Translations under genes and position numbers: made by a program
Notes under the pieces: model-generated
Databases searched by the model: none
What the model was told of the DNA's origin: nothing
What the model saw: only the letters and a program-made list of their open reading frames with translations
Part shown: positions 1-13,539 of the stretch, in pieces
Numbering within the stretch: the stretch's first letter is position 1
How the letters are laid out: the number at the start of each line of letters is the position of its first letter
Source of the DNA: Octopus sinensis
Lineage: Eukaryota
Direction of reading: 5' to 3'
Assembly (NCBI RefSeq): GCF_006345805.1
Contig: NC_043000.1
Coordinates: 151,156,001-151,220,000, forward strand
Length of the DNA: 64,000 nt

Positions 1-1265
1 CAATTTACAAAATTACGCTATCTCGGTAAGAAAAAGTTGTCTGAATCGAGATAAGGTGTTGATATCTGGAATGAACGATCAAAAGTTCAGTTGAATAAAC
101 TCTAAGTGAGGCTAGATATAGGTTGTTGCTGTTGTCAGCTGGAATACTGAATACTTATCGATTGCTTCATTAGTTTGTAATACTAAATTTAAGTTATAAT
201 CCTGTGATTATTATGGTCCTCGGTCCCCAGTATTGAAGTTTAGACGCTGGTGCCTATTTTTAACCAACTCTTTCATCGAAATTTCAGAGAAGACTTTGTC
301 TCAAAATGCAATCTTCGTTGTTGCTAACCTCTGCTTGAGTAAGTATTCGACAAGACGCATTCCAGCAGCAACCATCCATTTTTTTGTTGTTGTTTTAGGA
401 CGTAAGAATAATTTGTTATGAGTAAGAATATGATCTATTGGCGAGATATGTAGGCGAGATAAGGTGAGACGATCAGAAAAGTTGGGAGCCTTGATTTGAC
501 CCAGGTGGAGTTTTCTCACCTGTATATGGGCGGGTTACCTCATTCTCATTAAATTGTATTCATTCATTCTTTTTTTTTTATAGTTATATTTGCGTTTGAC
601 ATACTCAGTTATTATGTGTAATTATTCTATGTAATTTAAAATTTGGTAGCAAGCCTTATTATATTTGTAAAACATCTCCACCTGCGTTCCTTTTATGCCA
701 CGTTGTTTTATGTCTGAAACATACGTTACTTTATCGAAATATAGCCATATCATATATGCAAGGAAGAGTTAAGTATAATAAAGTAAAACAGTATTGAAAT
801 AAAAGAAACATTTAATCGATCAAAATACATATTGGCTTGTAACTTCATCATCTTTCACAGAACACACTGCCATCTTCTGATATAAATTTGTGAAGTAGTT
901 AAAGAATATAAAAAAAGACAGTAAGAAAATAATCATGCAACTATATTTCTGCAATGATTGAATGGAGGAAACCGAAGCGGACAGAGCGTGTGCAATTGTC
1001 TAGGTCACTTATGTTTTCAGTGAGATCTCGAGGTAAAAACAATGATAGGCAGATATATCATTTAAAAGATGTAGCTTATTACAGCATTGGAGATAATATA
1101 TGAATCACTATTCTTTGTCTGTTTTCTCTCTCTCTCTCTCACTCTCTCTATTTGATCCTCTCTATATAATGACACACGCATATACACCTGCACACAGATA
1201 CATTTGTGATAATATGACAACAATAACATTTGTCTCTTTGTCTCACAATATATATGAATGTATGT

Positions 1266-1638
1266 GGAGGCGCAATGGCTCAGTGGTTAGGGCAGCGAAC
1301 TCGCGGTTTCGATTTCCAGACCGGGCGTTGTGAGTGTTTATTGAGCGAAAACACCTAAAAGCTCCACGAGGCTCCGGCAGGGGATGGTGGTGATCCCTGC
1401 TGTACTCTTTCACCACAACTTTCTCTCACTCTTACTTCCTGTTTCTGTTGTACCTGTACTTCAAAGGGCCGGCCTTGTCACTCTCTGTGTCACGCTGAAT
1501 ATCCCCGAGAACTACGTTAAGGGTACACGTGTCTGTGGAGTGCTCAGCCACTTACACGTTAATTTCACGAGCAGGCTGTTCCGTTGATTCGGATCAACCG
1601 GAACCCTCATCGTCGTAACCGACGGAGTGCTTCCAAAA
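1266..1638 (+). mobile_element. tRNA-derived SINE, family A (copy 1)
   Basis: tRNA-like head with A box (TGGCTCAGTGG) and B box (GGTTTCGATTTCC); near-identical to copies at 8824 and 57778; 3' stem-loop CGTCG-TAAC-CGACG; 14-bp TSD ATATGAATGTATGT at 1252-1265 and 1639-1652. Confidence 0.9.
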
Positions 1639-2337
1639 ATATGAATGTATGTACACAGGTAAACACATAAATTTTCTTAACACGATCGTTAAAAAACATT
1701 TAGGTAAATTATGAAACCAATGTTTTTAACATCAAAAAAATTTCTTGTTTTCAATTATTGCATCGTAAGTTAGCTAAATATCTTTAAATATTCTGTTGCG
1801 AAATCTGTTTGTGTACACACACATATGAAGACAGCTCGTAGTCAAATAATTCTGTTTTCATGTTCGTATATATACTTGTGTGTACGTGTATGCAAATGTC
1901 ATTATATATTCAGAAAAAGAGAGAGTGAAATAGAGAGAGAGAGAGAGAGAGAGAGAGAAAGTGAGGGACAGACAGAGAGATACAAAGAGAGATAAAGAGA
2001 GATATATACAAAGAGAGAGAAAGAGGCGGACAGAATAACGATTCATATTTTTATTCCAATGTATGCAATGATAGTGCTGAGAAATGTATGTGTGTGTCTA
2101 TGTGCATAGATTCACATTTACATACATACAGAAGGGTGAGAGAGTGAGATGGGTTTTTGTGAATTAAACCGGACGTTATGTTACAGACGGACGGATTTCA
2201 ATGATATCATAGTAATGATTTGTCCGCGTTCCAGAAAATTTTTGCAGTACTTTAGAGTTTCGTTGACTCTGCACATGAATGAATCACGATTAACAAATAA
2301 ACTCATTTTTATGGAAGTTCCAGCAGATTCATTTGAT

Positions 2338-2470
2338 AAAATGCTTAGAGGTATTTCTTTCGGCTCTTTACGTTCTGAGTTCAAACTCTACCTTGGTCGA
2401 CTTTGCCTTTTTATCCTTTTGAGGTCGATAACAATGAGTGCCAGTTGAACACAGGGTTGATGTAATCCAC
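2338..2470 (+). mobile_element. SINE family C, degraded fragment
   Basis: Matches the family C head/body (ATGCTTAG..GGTATTTC..TTCTGAGTTCAAA..GGTCGA) with many substitutions. Confidence 0.65.
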
Positions 2471-2517
2471 TATCCACCTTTCATAAAATTTCTGGCTTTC
2501 TGCCAAAATTTGAAACT

Positions 2518-2981
2518 GCGTGGTAAGAAGTTTACTCCCCAGGTACAAAGTTCCGACTTCCTTCCCATTGCATGGCGCTTTGGACAAGTGTCTTCAACTA
2601 TGACGTCGGACTGGCCAAAACCTTTGATTGGAGTTTGTAGACGGAAACTGTAAGACGCCCATCGTAATAAACATGTGCGTGCGCGTGCGCGTGTGCGTGC
2701 GCGTGCGCGTGTGCGTGCGCGTGCGCGTGTGCGTGCGTGCATGCTTGTGTGCTTGCGTGTGTGTATGTGTGTCTTTGTGTTTCTCCTGCACCACCACTTG
2801 ACAACCGGTGCTGATTTGATTACGTCCCCGTAACATAGTGGTTCGGCAGAAGAGACCGATGGAATAAGCACCGGGCTGTATAAAATAAGTTTGGGATTGA
2901 TTTGCCCTGCTAAACTCTTGAAAGCGGTACTCCAGCATGGCCGCAGTCTACTGACTGAAACAAGTAAAACATAAAAGATAA
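2518..2981 (+). mobile_element. SINE family B, diverged copy with internal (GCGT/GT)n tract
   Basis: Aligns by eye to the 17782 and 35267 copies: core GTAGACGGAAACTG, tail CCAGCATGGCCGCAGTC..GACTGAAACAAGTAAAA. Confidence 0.8.
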
Positions 2982-3089
2982 ATGCAACGGAAGGTTTTCG
3001 AAGCCTCTCTTCATGGCGGCGATGTTATTGCTCTTACTACGCTTTATAACAACCATTCACAAACAATACGAGTTTCGTGGCAAGAATAT

Positions 3090-3212
3090 AAGCGTGTCTT
3101 TGTGGTAAGAAGCCTGTTTTCCAACCAGATGGTTCTGGATTGAATACCACAACGTGGTACCTTGGGCAAGTGCGTTCCATTATAGCCTCGGGCCAACCAA
3201 AGCCTTGTGAGT
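3090..3212 (+). mobile_element. SINE family B, 5' fragment
   Basis: Head and core (CTTGGGCAAGTG..TATAGCCTCGGGCCAACCAAAGCCTTGTGAGT) match family B. Confidence 0.75.
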
Positions 3213-3745
3213 AATGTTTGTTATCAAAGTTTCTCTGCCACGTTAACTTATTCTTAGATATACTCGTTATGTGAAGATTTAGTATTTCCTGGTTCCCCAA
3301 CCACTTAATAAAATATCGCAATTACTATTGTGATATGAAATGAAAAGCAATCCAATATACCTTTGGCTTAGCATAAGGCCCGTAAATTACAGGCATTTTA
3401 AATAGAAATTGCGTGGACTAACACCTTTCTCGGTGGTATGAGTAACATAAATGAAACGACATTTTCTGTTAGTAGTACCAGAAAATTTCCAATTCTATTA
3501 TGATGCTCGATAATTTAAAATACATAGAAAAAAACGGAAGGGAATAGATACATGAATTATAAGTCAGAATAATTTTTAACATTAAAATTATACTTAACAG
3601 TTTGTAGTGTCAAGGGAGGGTCATTATGGCAATATTATTAACACACACACTGGTTCAATTCCACTCCTTTATTATTATTCAATAGGTTAAATATCCAAAT
3701 AATCGATAAGTTGGTAGGATATTTAACAAATTAACTAATAATAAT

Positions 3746-4284
3746 CTTTTCTACTCGAGACACAAGGCCCGAAATTTTGGTGGGAGAGGGCAGTCGATTA
3801 TATCGACCCCAGTACGCAACTGGCACTTAATTTATCGACCCCGAAAGGATGAAAGGAAAAGTCGACCTCGGCGGAATTTGAACTCAGAACGTAAAGACGG
3901 ACGAAATACCTATTTCTTTACTACCCACAAGGGGCTAAACACAGAAATGACAAACAAGGACAGACAAACGGATTAAGTCGATTATATCGACCCCCAGTGC
4001 GTAACTGGAAGTTATTTAATCGACCCCGAAAGGATGAAAAGCAAAGTCGACCTCGGCGGAATTTGAACTCAGAATGTAGCTACAGACGAAATACCTATTT
4101 CTTTACTACCCACAAGGGGCTAAACACAGAAGGGACAAACGAGGACAGACAAACGGATTAAGTCGATTATATCGACCTCCAGTGCGTAACTGGAAGTTAT
4201 TTAATCGACCCCGAAAGGATGAAAGGCAAAGTCGACCTCAGCATTTCGCCCGCCGTTCTAACATTTCTGCCAGCTGGCTGCCTT
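3746..4284 (-). mobile_element. SINE family C trimer (185-bp internal tandem units)
   Basis: tRNA-like head at about 4240-4284 (minus strand); units join at GAAATACC|TATTTC (3910/3911 and 4095/4096); whole array flanked by the 18-bp TSD AAATTAACTAATAATAAT (3728-3745, 4285-4302). Confidence 0.9.
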
Positions 4285-4988
4285 AAATTAACTAATAATA
4301 ATGGAGCGGTATTAAACCAGTACGAGTATTAAAAATATTGGTATAATGACTTTGCCTAGACACAATAAAATTTGTTTCAATACAAGAATTCACATAAAGT
4401 ATCATGCAAACTAGATACAAAAACAAAGTATACTTAACGTTGTTTAACATTATTTAACCTAAAGTAGATCATTTCATTCTCTATAATTTCTTTATTTACT
4501 TATTCAAAGTCTTACATTTTCTGTCTAAAATCTACATTTTTGGTGGTGGTGGTGGTGGTGGTGGGGGTGTTTTAAAAAAGTGAAAAAATAATCCGGGAAT
4601 AAACCATAAAAGTGGTTGCAATTGATCATTTTGGAGGTGATGGATGTACATACGAACATCTCTCACTCTCTCACTCATTCTATCTATCTCTCTATCTCTC
4701 TATCTATCTATGTATGTATGTATCTATCTATTTGTCTCTCTCTCTCTCTATCTATCTATCTATACATACATACATAGATACACACACACATATATGTTTA
4801 TACATACATATATACATATATGTGTATGCGTGTACATGTGTATATATATATATATAATGTGTGTGTGAATGCGTACGTGCGGATACATACATGATAAAAA
4901 AAAATGAAATTAAAATGATAAGAAAGAAAAAAAAGATCTATGAGCGACGTAGCATGGCCAACTTTGATAATCCGACCAAAGGACACGA

Positions 4989-5024
<36 letters not shown>

Positions 5025-7896
5025 AAATCCAAATAATAAAAATAATAAGGAGTGTTGAAAAAAAGAGCAGACGAGTTGATTGCTACGGCGAAAAGCGTTG
5101 CAGTAGTAATTAAATGAGTGTCGTCTTTTTTCTTCTGCACTCCCCACTGATTGCTTCCACTATTTCAATTGGAAGAACACGGAAAAGACAGATGCAATCA
5201 GTTCCCTACCCATTAATGCGAATCCACTTTGTTGTGAGTAGCTGTTAGGGTGTAGACGAATGGATAGTAGAGCAAACATTACCAAGCAAGTCACATGACC
5301 TTTGTATGCTTTCGTTTTCCATTTCTATTTTTTCTTTTTGTTTGATAAATACATACACACACACACTCTCTCTCTTACACACACATATTTACATATATAC
5401 ATGTATGAATGCATGTATGTATGTACGTATGTATGTATCTATGTACGTATGTATGTGTGTATGTATGAGTTTGTTGTTGCAGACGACCGCGTATTAAGGA
5501 TTATTTCGACAAAAGCTTCACGGGGCATCGCTAACAATCAATAAAACGGAAATAAATCAAAATATATAACACGACAAACATCTATATAACAACACACATT
5601 CACACACAACAAACACGCATATATAGATATAAATATAAATATCAACAAAAAATACAATCGTTATCAACATCAGAAACACTAACAAAAGCAGTAGTAAAAA
5701 CAACAACAACGATAAAAACAACAGCAATAATAATTATGATAATGATGATGATGACGACGACGATGTTGATGATAAATAATAAAAAAAATAATATTGATGA
5801 TTGTTTGAAATTTTGGCAGAGGGCTAGCAGCTTTTGAGGAAAGGTGGGAGTCGATTACATCGACCTCAGTACTTGACTGGTACTTTAACCCTTTAAAGTC
5901 GGGTGTGACTTAATGACACAACATGCTTTCTTCTGTAGAGGACGGGTGTGGCTTATTGACACACTTCCAATTGATTGCCATCTTGTATTTTTTTACCTCT
6001 CTTTTTTTTTTTTTGCGTCCCGCACGAAAAGACTTGCTATTTATACCCGGCCTTAAAGGGTTTGGCAATAATGATTTTAATAATGATGATGATGATGATG
6101 ATGATGGTAGTGGTGGTGGTGGTGGTAGTGGCGGCGGCTGTGTTGTTGTTGATGGTGTTGATTTGAAATGGCGATTAAAGACGGTGGTCACTGAAGAATG
6201 GTGAGTGTTATATCTGTCGTTGGAATCTTGGTTACTGTTAGTAACAAGTTACAAACTGGATTGAAAGAGATAGGGGGTAATTATGGTAGATTGAGAGAGC
6301 ATCGGCAGAAAACAGAGACACTTAAAACTGTTCGAATTCTCCACCGAATCTTCGAAATCTAAAAATGAAGAATGTTATCTTAGTCCACTCTGTTGTTGAT
6401 AACTGACACTTTGTTACATTCCCCAGCAAAGTTGCTGTGTTATAAACAAGAAAATATTCATGGTGATGACTTCTTTAAAGGCCACAAAGGGCCTACATAA
6501 AAGGAACAAAAGACATGGGCACAAAACACTTCAATATGGAAGAATTTTCCCAATAGGGAAAATGCACGGATCTAGTTTTTCTCATTCGCAAAATCAGCCC
6601 CACTTACTTTTGCTCAGATTGCTATCAATTTTGGTGCATCGACGCAACTCTGAATTTTGATTACGATCGACCAATTACTTTATCTCGTAAATTAAAGAAC
6701 CTGATGTTATTTGGAATTAAAGTTGGGAAATTTGGAGGTAATTTTAGCCAATCAACAGACTGCATGGTATTAGCAGCTTGTTACCATGACAACCGCACGC
6801 TGTGTTGTGGTTCACTGTTATCTATGTTGATTTCACCCGCGTGTTTTAATTTTTCCGTGTGTTTGTATATTACATATTTTTCTGTGCTTCTGTGTGTTAG
6901 TATTTTCTGTGCTTTTTTTGTGTGTTAGTACTTTTACATATTTTTCATTTCATATATTTTTGGGACTCATTGACTCAGATAGCTTGATTTATGATTTTAC
7001 TAGGTTAATTCTATTCATAAAAATTTTAATTAGGAGTATTTCTTAAACCGTTAGCTTCATATTTCAACAGCTTAACTGAAATTTAGCCTCGTAACAGGAA
7101 TTGAGAGGGATATCAGGGAACAGAGAAACTGCGGGTGATACAGATAATCTGACATTATTTTTTTTAATTCTGCATGCAAAAACATATAAGATAAGGTATT
7201 CTTTTCCTTGGGACAAATTCTTTGTTGACCAGTGTTATTCTTGTAGTTTACAAATCCAAGCATGAAAACGTTACTCAACTTTGAAGTTTTGGCCACAGAC
7301 GCACCTCCCCCCACATGCAATTATATATTAATGATGTACATAAATACATGGCGGGTATACATAATACTGAAGTACACATGAAGTAAACACATACAGACAA
7401 ATATATCAATATAACAAATTTTTCAAAAATGATAAAAACATAGAATCAATGAAGAGAGTAAAGAAACAGTAAGATGATGCATATTGAATGTATTAGATAT
7501 TTCTGTTTATTTAGAAACCTACAATGAACAGGTCAGACGCTAAACTATAAATTTCACAGGATACAACCTTAAAGATGACACCGCTCCGCTAAACGCATAA
7601 AATTTCTGTTTCGCTATTGGCTAAAAATACCCAGTTTTTTCGATTTTTAAACCGCTGTATTTTCCAATTTTTTTATTCCACATACTTTTCTCCATACCTT
7701 CAAAGCAATGATAATGAAAGGCTACATTATTATAGCCGATTTTCAGATTTTTTTTACTTCCTTTGAAAAAAAAGCATATTTTGCGAATGAAAAAAACTAG
7801 ATCCAAATGCATCATTATTGGAGGATACTTCCAGAGGCTATCCATGGAAACCATACAAGTCTACAAAACCTATTTTATTTTATTTGATTGTTTGAA

Positions 7897-8075
7897 GGCG
7901 GCGAGCTGGAAGAATCGTTAATACGTTCTGAGTTCAAGTTCCGCCGAGGTCGACTTTACCATTCATCCTTTCAGGGCCAATAAAACAAGTATCAGTCGAG
8001 CATTGGGGTCGATGTAATCGACTTCCTTCCTTCCTTCCTCGTACTCACTGATCCTGTGCTGTAATCTGAAACCAC
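7897..8075 (+). mobile_element. SINE family C, internally deleted copy
   Basis: Head GGCGGCGAGCTGG..TTCTGAGTTCAAGTTCCGCCGAGGTCGAC and body GGGGTCGATGTAATCGACTT. Confidence 0.75.
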
Positions 8076-8823
8076 TATATTTGGTCGTTTGCGCTTAAAG
8101 CATGCTAGTATATACTATTTTTACTTAAAAGTATTATTTTCACATTTTGAACGTGTTAAATACCGCCGTTTCAGTTTTGTTTTATTGAGGATGAAAATGT
8201 AATTATAAATACAAACAACATATGCAAATAAAATATATTTATTATATACACAAAAATGTGCCACAGCTATAATTCCGCTAACCCTACTCAGATTTTAAAA
8301 GAATTTTAAAATTTGATTTATTTTTCATGATTAAAAAGAAATTATACATTCTGAACGCTTGAGATTCAAAAATCAGAAGACCATTAAAAGTAAGTATTGT
8401 TAAGTTATGGCGAATGGTTAAAAATATACAATTTTGAAGGAATAAGTATCCGTAACTTGTTGACCAAAAAGGTTATAATTCCCGTTGACGAGATGGAACT
8501 GAGAATGAAAAACATAAGGAAGTCGCATGAGATGCTCTAACGACTCTGCCAATACACTGCCCTAGCACACAAGAGATAACTTTGTGATATTCAATACAAC
8601 ACGAAGTGAATAAATAAATGAATAAATGAATAATGAATTAATGATATGCGAATAAATATTGTTGATTTAATTTGTAATCGACTATCAATAATTGATATCA
8701 AGGCGCTGCATTGGCAGATTCAGTTACGTAAATCGTCAAGAAAAATGCGTTGTAGTATTGAGATTGAGCGTCTAGATTTTTCATCATTCTTGGGTCGATA
8801 ACATGCCATATATATCGGAATAA

Positions 8824-9210
8824 GTGGAGGCTCAATGGCCCAGTGGTTAGGGCAGCGAACTCGCGGTCATAGGATCGCGGTTTCGATTCCCAGACCGGGC
8901 GTTGTGAGTGTTTATTGAGCGAAAAACACATAAAAAGCTCCACGAGGCTCCGGCAGGGGATGGTGGTGATCCCTGCTGTACTCTTTCACCACAACTTTCT
9001 CTCACTCTTACTTCCTGTTTCTATCGTACCTGTATTTCAAGGGGCCGGCCTTGTCACTCTCTGTGTCACGCTGAATATCCCTGAAAACTACGTTAAGGGT
9101 GCACGTGTCTGTGGAGTGCTCAGCCACTTACACGTTAATTTCACGAGCAGGCTGTTCCGTTGATTCGGATCAACCGGAACCCTCGTCGTCGTAACCGACG
9201 GAGTGCTCCC
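8824..9210 (+). mobile_element. SINE family A (copy 2)
   Basis: Full head with A and B boxes; 12-bp TSD ATATCGGAATAA at 8812-8823 and 9211-9222. Confidence 0.92.
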
Positions 9211-10429
9211 ATATCGGAATAAAACGATAACTTATAAGACGTGTCGGTGTATACTAGAGCAGGGGTAGTATACTTTCAGCCATTACTCTTGCATACAACT
9301 TCTCATAGTCCGCAGGATTTGAGATCCACATTTTATAAAATATAGGAGCCTATATTTCATAAAATGAAATATAGGAGCCTAGTTTTGGGTGGAAATGGGA
9401 TGAAACAGGGACTCGTATTATACACCTGTATATATATTAAGTACCAGTCAAATATTGGGGCAGATACAATCGACAATACCATTTTCTAAATGCGTGGCCT
9501 TATGACTAAGTAAGAAATTAATTAAAAAAATGTGTAGCTTCGAACCAACAGGAGAATGGTGGATCTACAACAATATAGTTTGTAATATATTGTCTCTGTT
9601 TTTACACCTCAATTAGACTAAGCCGTTTATGTTTCTGGGCACCCAAAAATGACCACCGAAACCAATACGTTCAGGTTAATTCAATTAAACGCTCACCTAA
9701 TGTCCAGTTGTATAAAATCTTTTTCTGAGAAGAGGTAAACATTTATAGGAATTTGTACGTGGTCGCTGAACATGCTAGAAGTTGCTACTGGTCTGTGTAT
9801 TTATGTAACCTATCTAGGTATCCATCCCTCTCGAATCAGTGGAATTGAACTTGACAGTGCAATTTAACAAAAGTGCTCTCCAATTACACAATACTTTCGT
9901 TAATCCCAGTTGCATTTTCACGTGGTGTCTTTTCAAAAAATGAATAATTAGATAAAGAAGCAGACATAAAAATTCTAAACGCCTCTCAGCCATCATAAAA
10001 TTTTAATAGCTCAAATATACTTTAGTCAAAAGCTACTAAGAATCTAAAAATGTGAGTACTATTTCAACATATGCAACTGTGGAGTTACTACATAAATGGC
10101 CATCCTAAACCACATCCTAAGACCGATCGACCGACCAACCAACCGATTGACTGGCCAATAAAATTCACTCACTTCGCATTTTAATCTCTAAGTCACAAAC
10201 GTGCCGTTTCCCTACAGAGCATTTTCTACCACGACAGCAAGACCTCTCCTCGAAGGAAATGCTTGATCTAGTACCTTCTTCATTAATGAACTCCCGGTTC
10301 ATTCATTCATTCTTTTCTCGGCACTCAGATTATGTTCACCATCAGACTTGGCACTCATCTCAATTCTTACTTTCATGAATCTCGGGAATTTGGAATTGTA
10401 TCCCTGTAACTGTTGACACGCAGCAATTC

Positions 10430-10800
10430 AGGAGGAAATTTTACGCGGCGTCAATATCAGCGGTTTCGAAGAGTCGGCGAAGGCCATGAATGTAGTTACT
10501 TTCTTTAGACAAGACGGAAAAAACAGAATTAGGAAAACAACTAATTTATCGTCTTACAAGAAAGCATCAAAATAAGTACCCACCGCTATTTCAATACGGT
10601 ACTATTAAGAACTAACTTTAAAGAGTTTATAAGAAACATCTCTACTGAAATAGCAAGACCAGAAAGAGAAATATATAATGGTTCAACCTGCCATATAGCA
10701 TGACTGCAAATGCCTACATAGCTAGAAGTTTCCTCTTGTAAAATCACTGGAGCTATCTGAATGCCATCGTCTTTTAGATCTCGCAACGTAGAGACCAAAA
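10430..10800 (+). mobile_element. Highly degraded Penelope-like retroelement fragment (RT-endonuclease linker)
   Basis: Manual translation gives RKRNI*WFNLPYS..AYIARSFL, resembling the RKRNIIWFNPP(Y/F)S..NIG..FL motif of Penelope-like elements; many stops and frameshifts. Confidence 0.45.
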
Positions 10801-11290
10801 CATATCACCAGCCAATCTCTAATCTCCCAAGCCCGTCTCAAAAGCCAACCTTCAATTACTGATCCACTCCAAAATCTGGGAAAGTATCTACGGCTTACTG
10901 TTTGATTGAAAATTCAATAGGTGGCGTTAAAGGACGTAACTGAATTCTAAAAAGCCTTCTATTTAGCGCTGTCCTAAATCTGTCACGTTTCTACTATCCA
11001 CTTAATAATTTCGATATCAGGTATAAGGTCACAAAGATATGTGTAGGGGTAGGTCGATTAAATAGATCTTAGTACTTGACCCAAGAAGAATGGATAGTAA
11101 AATAAATTTCTGCAGGATTTGGACTCAGAGGGTAAAAAAGATGCTGGTCTGTAAATGTTACCAACTACCATCATGACAATTACAATGGAGTCCCAGTGTG
11201 GATCAATAGATCTTCAAAAATAACAGTTAAATCTCAATTTGAAGGACACTGTGGTTGGTATATATATACATACATACATACATACATACA

Positions 11291-11326
<36 letters not shown>

Positions 11327-11470
11327 TATACATATACATATATATATATATAAATGACTGATGATTGCTCAACATTTTAAAACTGTTGTAATACTTACAA
11401 TATTTAATAAAATGATGTAGCGTGAAACGATCGTACCAAATTACCGAAGTTATTCTTGTTGCTTATTTTG

Positions 11471-11532
<62 letters not shown>

Positions 11533-11639
11533 TATATTATGTTTGAAACGAAGACAGACTATTCACATTTGACACGGGCTTCATCAGAGCACTTAAGTTA
11601 ACTAAGAACAAAAATATTAACTATGATATATTAATAGCT

Positions 11640-11842
11640 TCTAACACAAGCACAGAGCCAGATATTTTCTAAGACGTGTATCATCGATTATACTGGCCTT
11701 AGTTATTGATTGGTAGTTTAGTTTACTGACACTGGGGAGAGGCAAAGTTGACCTTCGTGGGATTTGAGCGCAAAACAGTAAGGGCAGTGACTAAATATCG
11801 CAAAATATTTTTATCTGCTCTCTGACGATATTTCTAGTCCGC
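11640..11842 (-). mobile_element. SINE family C, old degraded copy
   Basis: Residual similarity (CACAAG..ATCGATTATA..GGCAAAGTTGACCTTCG..ATTTGAGC) to family C. Confidence 0.45.
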
Positions 11843-12016
11843 TTATTCTAAATATTACTCACGACAAGTTCTGCGCATGCGTAAGTGAGCGCGAATGTAG
11901 TTTGTGTGTGCGCGTATGCATGTCTGTGTGTGTATGTGTGTGTGTGTGTGTGTTGATTTTGTTGTAATTTCTGTTGTTGTTTAGACCATGTTAGCCGTGA
12001 TTGAACAGACCTATCC

Positions 12017-12412
12017 TTTTCTATACTAGACACAAGGCCAGAATTTTTTGGGGAGGGAGCCAGCCGATTAGATCGACCCTAGTACGCAACTGGTACTTAA
12101 TTTGTCGACCCCGAAAGGATGAAAGGCAAAGTCAACCTCGGCGGAATTTGAACTCAGAACGTAAAGACAGACGAAATACCTATTTCTTTATTACCCACAA
12201 GGGGCTAAACACAGAGGGAACAAACAAGGACAGACATAGGTATTAAGTCGATTACATCGACCCCAGTGCGTAACTGGTACTTAATTTATCGACCCCAAAA
12301 GGATGAAAGGCAAAGTCGACCTCGGCGGAATTTGAACTCAGAACGTAAAGACAGACGAAATACCGCTAGGCATTTCGCCCGGCGTGCTAACGTTTCTGCC
12401 AGTTCGCCGCCT
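12017..12412 (-). mobile_element. SINE family C dimer
   Basis: Tail 1 + body, junction GAAATACC|TATTTC at 12180/12181, tail 2 + body, then a complete tRNA-like head ending GCCAGTTCGCCGCC. Confidence 0.9.
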
Positions 12413-13256
12413 TACTGAACATCAAAGATGTTACCTTTTCTCATCCAATGTATACTCCTCCTTTTCATTCAAGACGGCTGATATAATATGAGGGAGATTC
12501 AACTGCTGTTTCTTTTTTTTTTTTTTGGCTGATCAGGGGCGACCACGTAGAGACCATGTATTGACTTAAGTGGCTTGTGTTGTCAAATTATGTAATGTTT
12601 ATATAAAATTCTTCTGAAAGCTCGTTGAGAGCATATCAGGCAAATAACACTGCTCACGCACGTGTGCACAGTATGGGCATACATCGCGTATGTATGTGAG
12701 CGTGTGCACATGTGCGTGTGAGTGCATTTGTATGTTTTCATGAATGTGTATGTATATGCGTTGGCGCGCAAGATATAGATAGACAGACAGACAGATTGAC
12801 AGACAGAAAGATAGTTACACAGATAGCTAGTCAGACAGAGAGAGAAAGAGTGAGAGAGTGCATATAATCTTTATTATTCTTCGTTTGTTTATATGCCGGG
12901 GTTCTTGATTTGTCTTTTACGCCTCAGGTTTTAAGAATTAATGAAAATTATGTAAAATACTTCATCTTGCAGGTGCATTTAAGATGACAATCTACAACCT
13001 TTATGCAATGTAAGACGCATCAATCATACAGAAGAGAAAAGAAAACTTGTATATTATATTCGATCCTTTTGGCAGTGTATCGCTGTCAACACAGCAGCCA
13101 TTGTATCTAAGATTAATTTTCGAAAGCAGAGCATATAATTAATTTTAAGTCATAATTCATGTTCCCGTTTTGAATGATGGGTGTTTAAGAAAAATAATCT
13201 ATTTAATCCATTACTGTGGAATTAAAAAATTTAGCCTACGTAAGCAAGTAGGATCA

Positions 13257-13259
13257 CAT

Positions 13260-13328
<69 letters not shown>

Positions 13329-13369
13329 TAGACAGATAGATAGATAGATAGATAGATATAGATAGATAA

Positions 13370-13434
<65 letters not shown>

Positions 13435-13463
13435 GATAGATAGATAGATAGATAAATATAGAC

Positions 13464-13539
<76 letters not shown>

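Noticed and set aside
301-519. 72-aa minus-strand ORF in unique-looking sequence
   Set aside because: No recognisable motif; neighbouring frames are broken by stops. It could be a decayed transposon, but I cannot assign it.
1266-1340. tRNA gene calls for SINE heads (also 8824, 17782, 41640, 57778)
   Set aside because: They have A and B boxes but no complete cloverleaf, continue into SINE bodies and carry TSDs.
3746-4284. CRISPR array or hammerhead-containing retrozyme
   Set aside because: The units are 185-bp SINE bodies with no unique spacers, the context is eukaryotic, and no CUGANGA core was found on either strand.
6608-6649. 42-nt minus-strand micro-exon (LRRCTKIDSNLSK) with a GTAAGT donor
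   Set aside because: The acceptor lacks a polypyrimidine tract and no partner exons could be linked.
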